Assembly (NCBI GenBank): GCA_005223125.1 | Contig: NJBH01000011.1 | Coordinates: forward strand, 32,001 to 96,000 | Reading direction: 5' to 3' | DNA length: 64,000 bases | Origin: Promethearchaeota archaeon Loki_b32 | GTDB taxonomy: Archaea > Asgardarchaeota > Lokiarchaeia > Sigyniarchaeales > SOKP01 | Shown: in pieces, positions 19,263 to 30,228 of the stretch | Layout: the number at the start of each line of letters is the position of its first letter | How positions within the stretch are numbered: position 1 is the first letter of the stretch | Translations under genes and position numbers: made by a program | Notes under the pieces: model-generated | What the model saw: only the letters and a program-made list of their open reading frames with translations | Told to the model about the DNA's origin: nothing | Databases searched by the model: none

Positions 19263-21200
19263 ATGTTATCAGAAGAAATTATTACAACCTCGACAGTATC
19301 ACTAAACGAATTATTCCCTAATTTTATAAATCAATTCATAAAACCCTTTGAGAACGTTATTGATCCAGATATTCATAATGGGATGTATCTTGATTTTGAA
19401 CTTTGTGATAGGGCTCAAAAACACAAAGTAAATCCTATTCTTCGACTTGCGAGAGTAGATGATGCTGAAGAACTTGTTGGAATTTATAAGGAATTATATA
19501 ATGGTACATACCCTTACAAAGAAATGGAAGATCTTGATGAAGTCAGAAAAATGATTCGAGATCCTTCTATACAATGGATAATTTACCAAGATCCTTCGTT
19601 GAATATAGCAGGTTTTATTACATTTGTGTTAGATTTTGATAATAAAAGGGGGTATATTCGAGGGTTTATGCTCAAAAAAAAATATCAGGGGCATGTTGAT
19701 ATCACAAAAGCGATGATCGGTTCTATGATCGGGATGATTCATAAGTTTAAAGATGATATTTATGTGTGGTATGTAGAAAATCGAACTGCTCATTCAAAAT
19801 CACAGTATTCAATGTACGTCTGTGGAATCGCTCCAATTGGTTTTTATCCAAATAAAGATGTGTTTTTAGGTAAAGTAGAGTCTGACTTGATGCAAATTTG
19901 TTATGATGTACGAGTATTGAAAAATCTTCGTGCAACCTCAACTCCAACAATAATATCTCAAGTTGAAGATTGTTATTTATATTCCGATGCGAGATATAAC
20001 TTAGGTAATTATGAAATCCAAGTACCAGGAATTATTTTAGATCATAAAAAAATTTCTCATCTTAAGAAAAATATAAAGAAGAGCGTTAAGAAAGATAAAT
20101 TTGGATATGAGACAATTACGTTTACCATTCCTGAGTCAGATTCATTTTTTGAGTTTCTTTATACTCCTCAAGTACAAAACTTTGAGAAGTCCAAGTATCA
20201 TGTCAATAATCTCGAAGAATTATATGTGTTTATTAAAGAATTTATGAAGACTGGTAAGAGATTAGGAATTCGCTATTGCGAAGCATTTATTTCTGCTTAC
20301 GAACCTGCTCATCAAAATATATTTTATAATGCGGGACTAGCTCCAAGAGGATATATCCCAAGTTGGATTTATAATAAAAGTACAGGTGTTTTTGAAGACC
20401 AAATTTTATTTAATTGGTTTGATGGTAAGATAAGTGAAAGTATTCAGCTTATTGATGAGGGTTTAGAACTTTTGGATGTATTGAACTTAGATAATATAGA
20501 ACCCGTTAGGAATGTTCTTGAAGAGAGAGAGTTCCTAGATAAATTTCCCTTATTTTATTCGTTTAAAGAGAAGATCTCTAATGTATGGAATTATCCTAAA
20601 ACCATAAAAATATCATTAATGACAGGGCTAATGATATACCTTGCGATGCTTATAGGAAGTATAGTAGTTGCAGATTTCTTTGGATTTAATATCGTATCTC
20701 ATACGATAAGTAAACTTGGTACTATCTATTCAACTCCTGTGCCAATGATGTTCGATAGTGCTTGTGTGTTAGGCGGACTTACTACAATGTTGCTATATTG
20801 CTATTTATCTATGAAAATTCGGCTTTCTACTGAGAATATAAAAGAAGGGTGGTTCTTTCTTAGGGCATCTCGATATGCAACAATTATTGGGGTTATTGGT
20901 AGTATTGGAATAATGCTTGTTGGGATATTTAGCTTAGATCGTAAAGGTCCACATGGAATTTATCATAGCTTTTCCACAATAATCGCTTTTGGAGGGTTTG
21001 CAATCGCATTACTTACATTCGGAGTAATAATTTTCCGGCGATATACCAAGATGCTTAAGTTACTAGGATTAAACGGGATTATACCTCTCGCTATGTTCAT
21101 TTTTAACTGTTTGCTTCCCTCTCCGGTGTTAGAGTGGATATTACTATTTTCCATTCTAACAACATTAATTCCCTTGTTTTGTTGGGTATCTTTTTGGTAA
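19263..21200 (+). CDS. GNAT-like N-acetyltransferase domain(s) fused to a DUF998-like membrane domain
   Basis: LRLARVDDAEELVGIY...KKYQG; C-terminal TM helices with TISKLG, VGIFS, H, EW motifs. Confidence 0.6.
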   Translation: MLSEEIITTSTVSLNELFPNFINQFIKPFENVIDPDIHNGMYLDFELCDRAQKHKVNPILRLARVDDAEELVGIYKELYNGTYPYKEMEDLDEVRKMIRDPSIQWIIYQDPSLNIAGFITFVLDFDNKRGYIRGFMLKKKYQGHVDITKAMIGSMIGMIHKFKDDIYVWYVENRTAHSKSQYSMYVCGIAPIGFYPNKDVFLGKVESDLMQICYDVRVLKNLRATSTPTIISQVEDCYLYSDARYNLGNYEIQVPGIILDHKKISHLKKNIKKSVKKDKFGYETITFTIPESDSFFEFLYTPQVQNFEKSKYHVNNLEELYVFIKEFMKTGKRLGIRYCEAFISAYEPAHQNIFYNAGLAPRGYIPSWIYNKSTGVFEDQILFNWFDGKISESIQLIDEGLELLDVLNLDNIEPVRNVLEEREFLDKFPLFYSFKEKISNVWNYPKTIKISLMTGLMIYLAMLIGSIVVADFFGFNIVSHTISKLGTIYSTPVPMMFDSACVLGGLTTMLLYCYLSMKIRLSTENIKEGWFFLRASRYATIIGVIGSIGIMLVGIFSLDRKGPHGIYHSFSTIIAFGGFAIALLTFGVIIFRRYTKMLKLLGLNGIIPLAMFIFNCLLPSPVLEWILLFSILTTLIPLFCWVSFW

Positions 21201-21584
21201 TAAGAATAGTTAAACATCAATACATAAATCTTTCGAGATTAGAAGCAATGCGATCTTATTAGAGATCGATCTTTTAATTTGACTTTTTTTAAGTTTAATC
21301 ATTTGATAAATCTCATCTCGAGAGAGACCAGTATCCTTAATTATTATTAAAATGGAATCCTTAAATTTCATCATTACATTGAGATAGCAATAAATCTAAA
21401 TTTTGTCGTGTGTTTCATACCAACATTTATTTATTTAACAATGGATACTGTTTTGATTTATTAAATTTTATGTATAAAATTATTTATATCTACTATTCGC
21501 TTGTATTACCCTAAATATAATTAATTATTTAGTAGATATGCAAAAAGAAAGGTTTCTTTCAAAATAACATTTTATAGAATTCCC

Positions 21585-22403
21585 TTAGTTCTTTCTTTTG
21601 TATAAACCAAAGAAGATTATTAAAAAAACAAAAATGTCTACTAATTCAGCTAATATGATATACATTGCAACTTCACCTAAAATAAGTTGTATTATTGGTC
21701 TAAGAATGTTTGAGAGTAAATATAAAAAAAAACCAATTGCTAAAATTCCTGGCTTGACGACCTTAAGACGCTTTAATCTGTATGCTAAGAAAAAAATATA
21801 TACAATTCCTATCAATGAGGGAATAACAATTCCAGGTAGAATCCTACCTATAATTGTAGTATTTGGAGCTATAATAACTACAAATGATTCAATACAAACA
21901 ATAATTAGTATTATTACCATTCGCAATTTATTCATATATTCTGTATTTTTTAATATTTGAAACCTATCTTCCAAATTGAAAAAGATAATTTCAAGACCAA
22001 GGAAAATTAAAGGGGCTACTTCGAATATAATAATAAAAAATCTGAATTTTAAAAATATTAAAACAACATCGTCATTAAAAGTAAAAAAGGTAAGATCCCA
22101 AAGTAAATCAATTGCCTTTCCAAAAATTAGAATAAGGAAGAACAATCCTAATAAGAAGGGGATATCTGACAAATATTGAGCTTCTTGTTTAAACCATTTA
22201 TGAAATAAATAAAAAACTGTTATAGATAAGATCAAAATTCTAATGGATATTACCAATAGGACTTCAAATGCGCCTTCATAGGCTTGAAAGGCTTGGATAA
22301 TAAGTGACCAATTAATAAAATATAAAACAATAACCCCAATAATCGCTAAAATAAAGCATGTGAGTAATATTAATTTATAACGTTCCTTTTTTGATAATTC
22401 CAT
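21585..22403 (-). CDS. Multi-pass membrane protein (about 8 TM), hypothetical
   Basis: Repeated hydrophobic segments. Confidence 0.65.
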   Translation of the reverse strand: MELSKKERYKLILLTCFILAIIGVIVLYFINWSLIIQAFQAYEGAFEVLLVISIRILILSITVFYLFHKWFKQEAQYLSDIPFLLGLFFLILIFGKAIDLLWDLTFFTFNDDVVLIFLKFRFFIIIFEVAPLIFLGLEIIFFNLEDRFQILKNTEYMNKLRMVIILIIVCIESFVVIIAPNTTIIGRILPGIVIPSLIGIVYIFFLAYRLKRLKVVKPGILAIGFFLYLLSNILRPIIQLILGEVAMYIILAELVDIFVFLIIFFGLYKRKN

Positions 22404-22480
22404 ATTTATTGATTTAGATTGCTCCTTTTAAATTGAACTAAAAAAAAAAAGTAAATTAAAAAAGAAAAAAAAACAGTATT

Positions 22481-23650
22481 TTATTGTGGAACTGCCTTAA
22501 CTTGTTTAGTTCTTCTTTTTTTCCTGAACATATTGATATTAGTCTCAATTTGTTCCCGATTAGGATCTTTTTCCAACTGTTCTTGGATATGATTTAACAT
22601 CTCTTCTTGAGACACTCCTATCTGATTGAAAAAGGCGGTGACTTCTCTATGCTTAAATTTATTTTCAAGAATTAAGGGTGCAGATATTTTCAAAGTTCTT
22701 ACCCATTTTTTTCGTTCTTCGGGATTTTGGCGTACAAGCTCAGCATATTGGTATGCATAGAGAATTCCACTGTATCGATTGAAATCATAGAAGGTTGCGG
22801 CATGGACCACGTTGCAATTAGTAAGGAGCGGATCGGCATGTCCCCTTTTGATATAATTTTTAGATTCAACAAGTTCAATAATATCTTGTTCCCGATATGG
22901 TATTACATGGTAAGGAAGTAAGACTCGTGGAAGGTCTCCATTTTCAATCTCTTCGTCAGTTAAATACCATTGATTATCACTATCATCAAAGAATGGAGTA
23001 TCGAGAATTTCGGGTTTCCATTCTTTTATGACCTCCTCTTGAGGCATTTCATAAAAGTATCTGAAGATCTGGTCCGGTGAATATCCAAATAGCACATAAG
23101 GAATCTCTCTTCTTATCGCTTCTTTCACCACGATACTATGAATCAAGTCAGAACAATAATCGCAGATATACCGTGCTAAGAATGTTTCATTCGAATTATG
23201 GTTAAAAAAGTGGTATTTATATAACTTGGTAAAGGTGGGTATACATTCTTCAATTAGTACATGATCCACATTTATTTGAGTTAGAGTATCTTTCATATTA
23301 TCCTTAGCAATATCTGTCATAAAACCTGTATCTGAAGTTACTGCTAGAGGGTTCAATCCCAAATCATTTACCAGATGATCTAAAAGAGCTGTAGAATCTT
23401 TTCCACCTGAATATCCTAAAATGCAATCATAGGGTATCTTTCCATGATTTTGCTGCATTTGTACCACAACTATATTCCAGTTTTCGAGGGCAGTTTGTCT
23501 TCTCTCAGTACCAATTACTTTACGAGACCAATTAATATTTTTATGGTCAGGATCGCTACAAAAATCGCACATACCCTCAGGATTTAAATTAACCCCCAAA
23601 AATCCATCAGGAAGAATGCATTTAATACATATTTTTTGTTGTTCAATCAT
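22481..23650 (-). CDS. PP-loop (N-type) ATP pyrophosphatase, N-acetyl-sugar amidotransferase-like
   Basis: CxxC...CxxC N-terminus, YDCILGYSGGKDS, ICDYC. Confidence 0.75.
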   Translation of the reverse strand: MIEQQKICIKCILPDGFLGVNLNPEGMCDFCSDPDHKNINWSRKVIGTERRQTALENWNIVVVQMQQNHGKIPYDCILGYSGGKDSTALLDHLVNDLGLNPLAVTSDTGFMTDIAKDNMKDTLTQINVDHVLIEECIPTFTKLYKYHFFNHNSNETFLARYICDYCSDLIHSIVVKEAIRREIPYVLFGYSPDQIFRYFYEMPQEEVIKEWKPEILDTPFFDDSDNQWYLTDEEIENGDLPRVLLPYHVIPYREQDIIELVESKNYIKRGHADPLLTNCNVVHAATFYDFNRYSGILYAYQYAELVRQNPEERKKWVRTLKISAPLILENKFKHREVTAFFNQIGVSQEEMLNHIQEQLEKDPNREQIETNINMFRKKRRTKQVKAVPQ

Positions 23651-23715
23651 TAAATCACAGTTTTTTACAAAATTTTATTCCTAGTTGTAATGAACGTATT
23701 TAAAGGAAAAATAGG

Positions 23716-25372
23716 TCCATTTTTTTGATTGGATACAAAATTCAGTGATGGTGAATTGATCTGATCATAATTTGCACCATAATCATTGAGAATAAGAATT
23801 TCCCAAAGGGAATGAATTGGAACACCTTGATTTCCGATGGAAAATAATTTAGAGATGGCGAAAGATTTATAGGGAGCTTTTCCCTTAATATAATTATGCT
23901 AGTAACCAAATTAAGAGAAAGATTAGCTCCCATTAAGATAGAACAACCCACCCTAAATAAATTTTTTCCTAATTTACCTAAACTTAAAAATAATAGTCTA
24001 CTGGCAGAATTGGAAAGGAGAGAAGCATTATCTAATGATAAAGGATATACGATAAGATTGAGAAGGAGTGGAATGATATATATTAAAGAAACACATTGCC
24101 TTACATGTGGTTCCCGATTGATTAAAAATGGATATAATGACAGGATTGCGATTTTAGATAATGGGCTAGGGAAACATGAGTTTCGCATTCAGAGAAAGCG
24201 TTGTCCTAGATGTGGAGAAATCAAACCTGACTATTCGAAGATTGTGCCAAAATATGGCAATTACCATGAGAATTATAGACGAAGGGCACGACAACATTAT
24301 ATGGAAGGATTGATGCCCTCTCAAATTCAACGAGTGTTCAAAATTGATTTTGGTATAGAGACTTCATTAACCACTCTTGTTAATTGGATAAATGGGGTTG
24401 CCAAACCACTTAGAAAGACATTAAAAGAGACCCCCGTGCCATCTAGTGGATATTGGGGATATGACGAGATCCATTTAAGAATTAACAAAGAAAGGATGTA
24501 TGCCATTGATACTGTGGATGTGAACACCCGATTTGTTCCAGTGGCTAAAATTTCACCTAATATGGGGCGCAATGAGGGAAGAGAAGTGTTAATGGAGGGA
24601 AGGAGGGGTAAAAACCTGTGGATAAATGGATTAATGAAAGATTGTACCACAAACTTAGGCAGACTCTTTAAAACTAAAAGTTTTAAGCATATAATTCAAC
24701 AGAATTGCTTAACACATGTAAAGTGGACAGTTTCTAAGCATGTGAAAGCGTTTGCGGGATTGTCTAAACAATCAAAAAAACCTGTACCTAAAGAATGGCG
24801 CTGGCTCTTGAAACGATTCTATGATCTAATTGATTCTAAAGATGAGACAGATGCGTATATTAAATTAGAGATCATACGTAGAACAGTGGAACGATTGAAA
24901 GGAAAGAAATTAAAAGAGCTTCATACTGCATTAAAGCAGCTGGAATCATGGTTTCCGAAAATTATTGCCCATCAACGGAATCCCTTCATATCAACCACGA
25001 ATAACCTCTTAGAAGCGTTCCATAAGAAATATACCTATTATCCATCGTTTAAACGGAGCATGATGACTCCTGAAGGAGCGCAGAGAGTACTTGATTATCG
25101 TGTATTTAGACACAATTTTGGTGAATTTCCCGAATATAAAAAGTTGTTACAAACAAAGTATGAAAACTTCAAGATAATTTTAACAGAAATTCCTGATGGT
25201 CGAGTAATGGGAGGGCACCATCATTATTTTAAGAGCGAATTTAGAAAATTTGATAAGTGGTACGGAAATTACCAACAACTTTGGCACGAGTATTTCGCAA
25301 TTTTTTAAGAAAATGGGCTTTGGAAAGATTTAAATCATATCACTGGGTTTTGTAACTACCCAAAAAAATGGA
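23716..25372 (+). mobile_element. Insertion sequence with imperfect ~34-bp terminal inverted repeats
   Basis: Left TCCATTTTTTTGATTGGATACAAAATTCAGTGAT vs reverse complement of right TCCATTTTTTTGGGTAGTTACAAAACCCAGTGAT; no clear target duplication. Confidence 0.75.
23896..25308 (+). CDS. DDE transposase with N-terminal zinc ribbon
   Basis: CLTCGS...KNG...CPRCG, HTH region, WGYDE, MKD, QNCLTH, TTNNLLEAFH. Confidence 0.85.
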   Translation: MLVTKLRERLAPIKIEQPTLNKFFPNLPKLKNNSLLAELERREALSNDKGYTIRLRRSGMIYIKETHCLTCGSRLIKNGYNDRIAILDNGLGKHEFRIQRKRCPRCGEIKPDYSKIVPKYGNYHENYRRRARQHYMEGLMPSQIQRVFKIDFGIETSLTTLVNWINGVAKPLRKTLKETPVPSSGYWGYDEIHLRINKERMYAIDTVDVNTRFVPVAKISPNMGRNEGREVLMEGRRGKNLWINGLMKDCTTNLGRLFKTKSFKHIIQQNCLTHVKWTVSKHVKAFAGLSKQSKKPVPKEWRWLLKRFYDLIDSKDETDAYIKLEIIRRTVERLKGKKLKELHTALKQLESWFPKIIAHQRNPFISTTNNLLEAFHKKYTYYPSFKRSMMTPEGAQRVLDYRVFRHNFGEFPEYKKLLQTKYENFKIILTEIPDGRVMGGHHHYFKSEFRKFDKWYGNYQQLWHEYFAIF

Positions 25373-25550
25373 TGCTTACAAAATTAAGTGATACTGAGGG
25401 ATGGTAATTGCAAATTTTCTCTCTATAAGCATTAGTAACAGCTTGAATGAAGACAATTATTCTAAAAAAAATAATTTTTGAGATAATTGAGAATTTTAAA
25501 AAAAAAAATAAAGTGTAATTTAAATTAATTCTTGGAATTTTATAAGATAT

Positions 25551-27488
25551 TTATTCCCCTGTAATTGCTCGTCTCCTTTTACGCAAAGCAAATATTGCTA
25601 TACCAACTCCTACTACACCGGCTATTGACACAACAATAATTACGATCATTATGACATTATCAGAAGGACCTGTATCCACTAATTCAACTATAAGTGTATT
25701 TTGTTCCTCAATATTATCTACTTCATCGATTGCTTGATACGAGATAAGAATATCGCCATATGTATATTGAGATAAGTTAAAGGGGGTACTATACTCAAAC
25801 CAATCGGAATCATTAAATTTATATCTAATCACAGACACACCAGATCCACCCCCATCATCAGCGGTTAATGTAAAAGTTGTCGATTTATTCACCATATTAG
25901 GTTCTTTATGTACAATGTATGATATCGATGAGGTTGGCGCAATAGTATCTTTACGGACAGTTACTTCAGCATACCCCTCATTACCTAAGGTATCATTCCC
26001 AGAGAATCTAATGGTCACCGTGCCATCTCCTTTCTTGTCCCATTCTGTTTGATTGATTATTCCAGTTAATCCGCTAAATATAATATTGGTTATTCCTCCA
26101 TCTAAAGTATACCAAGTAGTTTTTAATAACGGTTCAATAATGGAAATATTGAAGTTTGGGCTTACACTTCCAATAAATTCATTTGGAGTAGGAGAATTTA
26201 TTATAATGGTTGGAACTACATCGTCGATGAATGTATACATTATCTCATAATCGGTACCCCACGGACCAGCAGTATCATCATCCCACACCACATGAACGTT
26301 TCCTAGACTATCTACTGCAATTGAAGGGTAACCACTATAACCATCATTCCAATATACACCCCCAAATCCATCGGAGATCACTGTCGCATTAGACCACCCA
26401 GCTGAAGAAGAATAGTTCACATACATTATCTCTGAATCGGTACCCCATGGACCATCAGTATAATCATACCATACCACATGAACGTTTCCACTATTATCTA
26501 TAGCAATTGAAGGGCATTCACTCCAGCCATCATTCCAATATACACCCCCAAATCCATCCGAAATTACTGTCGCATTAGACCACCCAGCTGAAGAAGAATA
26601 ATTCACATACATTATCTCAGTATCAATTCCCCATGGACCATCAGTATAATCATACCATACCACATGAACGTTTCCATTATTATCCACCGCAATTGAAGGC
26701 CTCTCACTATTACCATCATTCCAATATACACCCCCAAATCCATCCGAAATTACTGTCGCATTAGACCATCCAGCTGAAGAAGAATAATTCACATACATTA
26801 TCTCAGTATCAATTCCCCATGGACCAACAGTAAGATCCTCCCATACCACATGAACGTTTCCATTATTATCAATGGCAATTGAAGGGTAATAACTATTACC
26901 ATCATTCCAATATACACCCTCAAATCCATCCGAAATTACTGTCGCATTAGACCATCCAGCTGAAGAAGAATAATTCACATACATTATCTCTGAATCGGTA
27001 CCCCATGGACCATCAGTATAATCATGCCATACCACATGTAAATTCTCGCTATTATCAATGGCAATTGAAGGGTAACAACTATCACCATCATTCCAATATA
27101 CACCCCCAAATCCATCCGAAATTACTGTCGCATTAGACCACCCAGCTGAAGAAGAATACTTTACATACATTATTTCATCATCGGTACCCCATGGACCAGC
27201 AGTAGGATCCCACCATACCACATGAACGTTTCCATTATTATCAATGGCAATTGAAGCGTCATAACTATAACCATCATTCCAATATACACCCCCAAATCCA
27301 TCCGAAATTACTGTAGCATTGGCATAATTCGAAGAACTTGTTTTAACAGTAATAGATTCACCAAAACCACCAATTTTATATGGAGGTTCCGATATATCAA
27401 ATTTAACTATCGAAAAAACACCGAAAATGAATACTAGATATATTAAAATAGATATGGATCTAACTTTATGTTTCATTTTTTTATTCAA
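25551..27488 (-). CDS. Membrane-anchored cell-surface glycoprotein with six 62-aa repeats (probable beta-propeller) and Ig-like stalk
   Basis: N-terminal signal/TM, repeats with NAT/NYS sequons, PTIIINSP and DTIAPTS Ig-like starts, C-terminal TM plus RKRRR. Confidence 0.8.
   Translation of the reverse strand: MNKKMKHKVRSISILIYLVFIFGVFSIVKFDISEPPYKIGGFGESITVKTSSSNYANATVISDGFGGVYWNDGYSYDASIAIDNNGNVHVVWWDPTAGPWGTDDEIMYVKYSSSAGWSNATVISDGFGGVYWNDGDSCYPSIAIDNSENLHVVWHDYTDGPWGTDSEIMYVNYSSSAGWSNATVISDGFEGVYWNDGNSYYPSIAIDNNGNVHVVWEDLTVGPWGIDTEIMYVNYSSSAGWSNATVISDGFGGVYWNDGNSERPSIAVDNNGNVHVVWYDYTDGPWGIDTEIMYVNYSSSAGWSNATVISDGFGGVYWNDGWSECPSIAIDNSGNVHVVWYDYTDGPWGTDSEIMYVNYSSSAGWSNATVISDGFGGVYWNDGYSGYPSIAVDSLGNVHVVWDDDTAGPWGTDYEIMYTFIDDVVPTIIINSPTPNEFIGSVSPNFNISIIEPLLKTTWYTLDGGITNIIFSGLTGIINQTEWDKKGDGTVTIRFSGNDTLGNEGYAEVTVRKDTIAPTSSISYIVHKEPNMVNKSTTFTLTADDGGGSGVSVIRYKFNDSDWFEYSTPFNLSQYTYGDILISYQAIDEVDNIEEQNTLIVELVDTGPSDNVIMIVIIVVSIAGVVGVGIAIFALRKRRRAITGE
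26235..27320 (-). repeat. Six tandem 186-bp coding repeats (last one partial)
   Basis: NATVISDGFGGVYWNDG...HVVW...GPWG.D.EIMY recurs every 62 codons with high DNA identity. Confidence 0.95.
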
Positions 27489-27761
27489 CTCTTATATAGA
27501 CAATAAATATTGTAATTAATAAGCCTACAAAATATTAGGCTTAGGCATTGAAATTTTAATGTCGATAATTTTATGTTATAGTAATTCAAATTTAAATATT
27601 TTTATATTTTTGTCAAATTTGAGGTGGTATTTAAAAAAGGAGTATTTTATTTTGGTATATCTCTCATCACTGAATTTTGCACCCACCCGGGTTTTTTTCT
27701 TTAAATAGAAATAGTCCGGTATAATCTCAATATTTTAATTAATATCTGATGAGAGAATATA

Positions 27762-28919
27762 ATGGTTCAAGTAGTTGAAAAAATAGATATTGACCATGTA
27801 AAAATAAAAGAATCATACAATCTATGTGAAATTAAGGAAGCATTAGAATGTCTACTTTATGTCCCTGATATTCTGGTAAAGTCCAAAGTAATTTCTGAGC
27901 TTCTACGATATATAGAATCTGGATTTTCAGATCCAAATTATACCATTATCCCGTTTATAGGTTATTATAACTCAGAGATGGTTGGATTTGTTGTTGCTCA
28001 CATTGATCCTTATTATACAAGCTATAGTCGAAAAATTGGAACATTCGGATGGCTTCATGCCGATACATTAGATGTATGTAGAGCGTTGATGAGGGAATGT
28101 AAGAGGGTCCTTAAGGAAAATAGAATAAGAAAGATCAGAGGAAGCATTAACTTTCCTAAAAACTTGGGAGGTTTTGGTATTCAATTTAAAGGGTTTGAGG
28201 AGCAAATACTTTATGGTGTGGCTTATAGCGATCCTAATTCGCAAACAATAGATTATTTAGGTTCACTCGGATTTCAAAGAGAATCAGAATATTCATGTGT
28301 GTATGTCGCCCAGAAAACTTGGAACAAAGGAAAACAAATTGATAAGAATATTGAGTTTAGGTACGTATCATTAAAGGACCTATATGACTATGCTGATGAA
28401 ATACGAGACCTTGCAAATAACTCCTTTCATGAAATATTACCTGATGCATCAGGAAGGAATAGGATTATCGAATTTTATAAAGCTTTTGAGGAAATTCCCC
28501 GATCTTTTTATAAAATTAATACCAATTTCAACCCACATTTATATTCTGATGTTCCCCAATTTATCGAGGCATGGGAAACGTGTGATCTTAACAGAATAGA
28601 GCCGTTTGCCCCAATGGCATTTGACAAAAAAACGGGAGAATTAGTCGGAATATTGTTAGGTTTGCCTGATTTATTTGAAGCTTGGAAGGGTAAAGCGATT
28701 ACACGATGTAACGTAGATACTGCAATGGTAAAGGAGGGATACTTTGGAAAAGGGATCTTCTCAGCTCTTAATAATATTGGGCAATTAACATGTAGTTTAT
28801 ATGGTGTAGATTATTTTGAAGGAACAGCAATCTGGACAAACAATTCGCGCGCAATTGACACAATCTTTCCTCATTGTGAACCAATTAGAAAACATTATGT
28901 AATGCAAAAAAGGTTGTAA
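27762..28919 (+). CDS. GNAT-fold protein (YghO-like)
   Basis: GTFGW, IRGSINF, LVGILLGLPD, VKEGYFGKGI. Confidence 0.65.
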   Translation: MVQVVEKIDIDHVKIKESYNLCEIKEALECLLYVPDILVKSKVISELLRYIESGFSDPNYTIIPFIGYYNSEMVGFVVAHIDPYYTSYSRKIGTFGWLHADTLDVCRALMRECKRVLKENRIRKIRGSINFPKNLGGFGIQFKGFEEQILYGVAYSDPNSQTIDYLGSLGFQRESEYSCVYVAQKTWNKGKQIDKNIEFRYVSLKDLYDYADEIRDLANNSFHEILPDASGRNRIIEFYKAFEEIPRSFYKINTNFNPHLYSDVPQFIEAWETCDLNRIEPFAPMAFDKKTGELVGILLGLPDLFEAWKGKAITRCNVDTAMVKEGYFGKGIFSALNNIGQLTCSLYGVDYFEGTAIWTNNSRAIDTIFPHCEPIRKHYVMQKRL

Positions 28920-29075
28920 TTTTTCTCTTTATTTTGAATTGTTATTAAAAAAAAATCAAGAATTTAATAAGTAGAGTTTCAAATCACTAACTTTCACCTT
29001 ATCTTAAATATGGTTTTAATTAAATAGAAAGTATCCTAAATAATCTCTATCACAATTTTTTCTTACTGAAATATT

Positions 29076-30215
29076 ATGGTAGAAAAAGCAATAGAACAAG
29101 CGCAACAACGTTCATCAGATGATATTCTATATATTAAAGCTGATATTCTCAAGAGTTTTATGAAAGATGTTTTTATAAGTCTCAAAGTTCCAGAACAACA
29201 TGCTGAAATTATTGCAGATGTACTTATAACATCAGATTTAGAAGGCATTGACTCTCATGGAATCCAGCGATGTAAAATGTACTATGATCGGATACGAGAG
29301 GGAATTTATAATCCTAAAACAGAGATAGAAATTGTTAATGATAACAAATCTACTGCCGTTATTGATGGAAAATGTGGTATGGGACATGTAATTGCTTATA
29401 AAGCTATGAAATTAGCAATTGAAAAAGCAAAAAAATACGGTCTTGGTGCTGTAGCAGTTCGCAATAGCACTCACTTTGGGATTGCCGGATATTATTCACT
29501 AATGGCAATAAAAGAAGGAATGATAGGTTTTGTTACTACAAATACACGACCATCAGTTCCACCTACATTTGGTGTTGAGCCAATGTTGGGTACAAATCCT
29601 CTAACATACGGAGCACCTACTGATGAGAGTTTTCCTTTTTTATTAGATTGTGCTACATCAATTATTCAAAGAGGTAAAGTGGAGGTTTATAATCGTATTC
29701 ACAAACCACTTCCAAGTGGAGTAATCATTTCTAATAATGGTAATTCTAAAACAGATCCTAATGTAGTTTTAGATAAATTGGTTAAACGTTCTGCTGCATT
29801 ATTGCCTCTAGGAGGCGAAGGTGAGGATACTTCTGGTCATAAAGGATATGGATATGGTACTTTTGCGGAGATCTTATCTTCAGCATTACAAGATGGAGTA
29901 TATCTTAAAGACACTGCAGGGGTCATTGAAGATGGTCAAAAAAAGTTAAAAGTAGGACATTTCTTCTTAGCTATTAATATCCAAAATTTCATTCCAATTG
30001 AGAAATTTCAGAATATATCTGGTAATATCATGCGAGATTTGAGAAGTTCTAAGAAAGCGCCAGGGAAAGAAAAAATCTACACTGCCGGGGAAAAAGAATA
30101 TAATACTGAAGCTGAAAGAAGAAAAAATGGTATTCCGGTAAATAAAAGCATACAAAAAGATATTAAAACTATGCAAAACGAACTGGGATTGAATAATTAT
30201 AATTTTTCATTTTAA
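29076..30215 (+). CDS. Ldh_2-family dehydrogenase, close paralog of 7068-8174
   Basis: Same motifs with long identical stretches. Confidence 0.92.
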   Translation: MVEKAIEQAQQRSSDDILYIKADILKSFMKDVFISLKVPEQHAEIIADVLITSDLEGIDSHGIQRCKMYYDRIREGIYNPKTEIEIVNDNKSTAVIDGKCGMGHVIAYKAMKLAIEKAKKYGLGAVAVRNSTHFGIAGYYSLMAIKEGMIGFVTTNTRPSVPPTFGVEPMLGTNPLTYGAPTDESFPFLLDCATSIIQRGKVEVYNRIHKPLPSGVIISNNGNSKTDPNVVLDKLVKRSAALLPLGGEGEDTSGHKGYGYGTFAEILSSALQDGVYLKDTAGVIEDGQKKLKVGHFFLAINIQNFIPIEKFQNISGNIMRDLRSSKKAPGKEKIYTAGEKEYNTEAERRKNGIPVNKSIQKDIKTMQNELGLNNYNFSF

Positions 30216-30228
30216 TTTACAGTAGATA

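Noticed and set aside
26235-27320. CRISPR array or DGR template/variable repeat
   Set aside because: Repeats are in-frame coding units without spacers, variation is not limited to adenines, and no reverse transcriptase or cas gene is present
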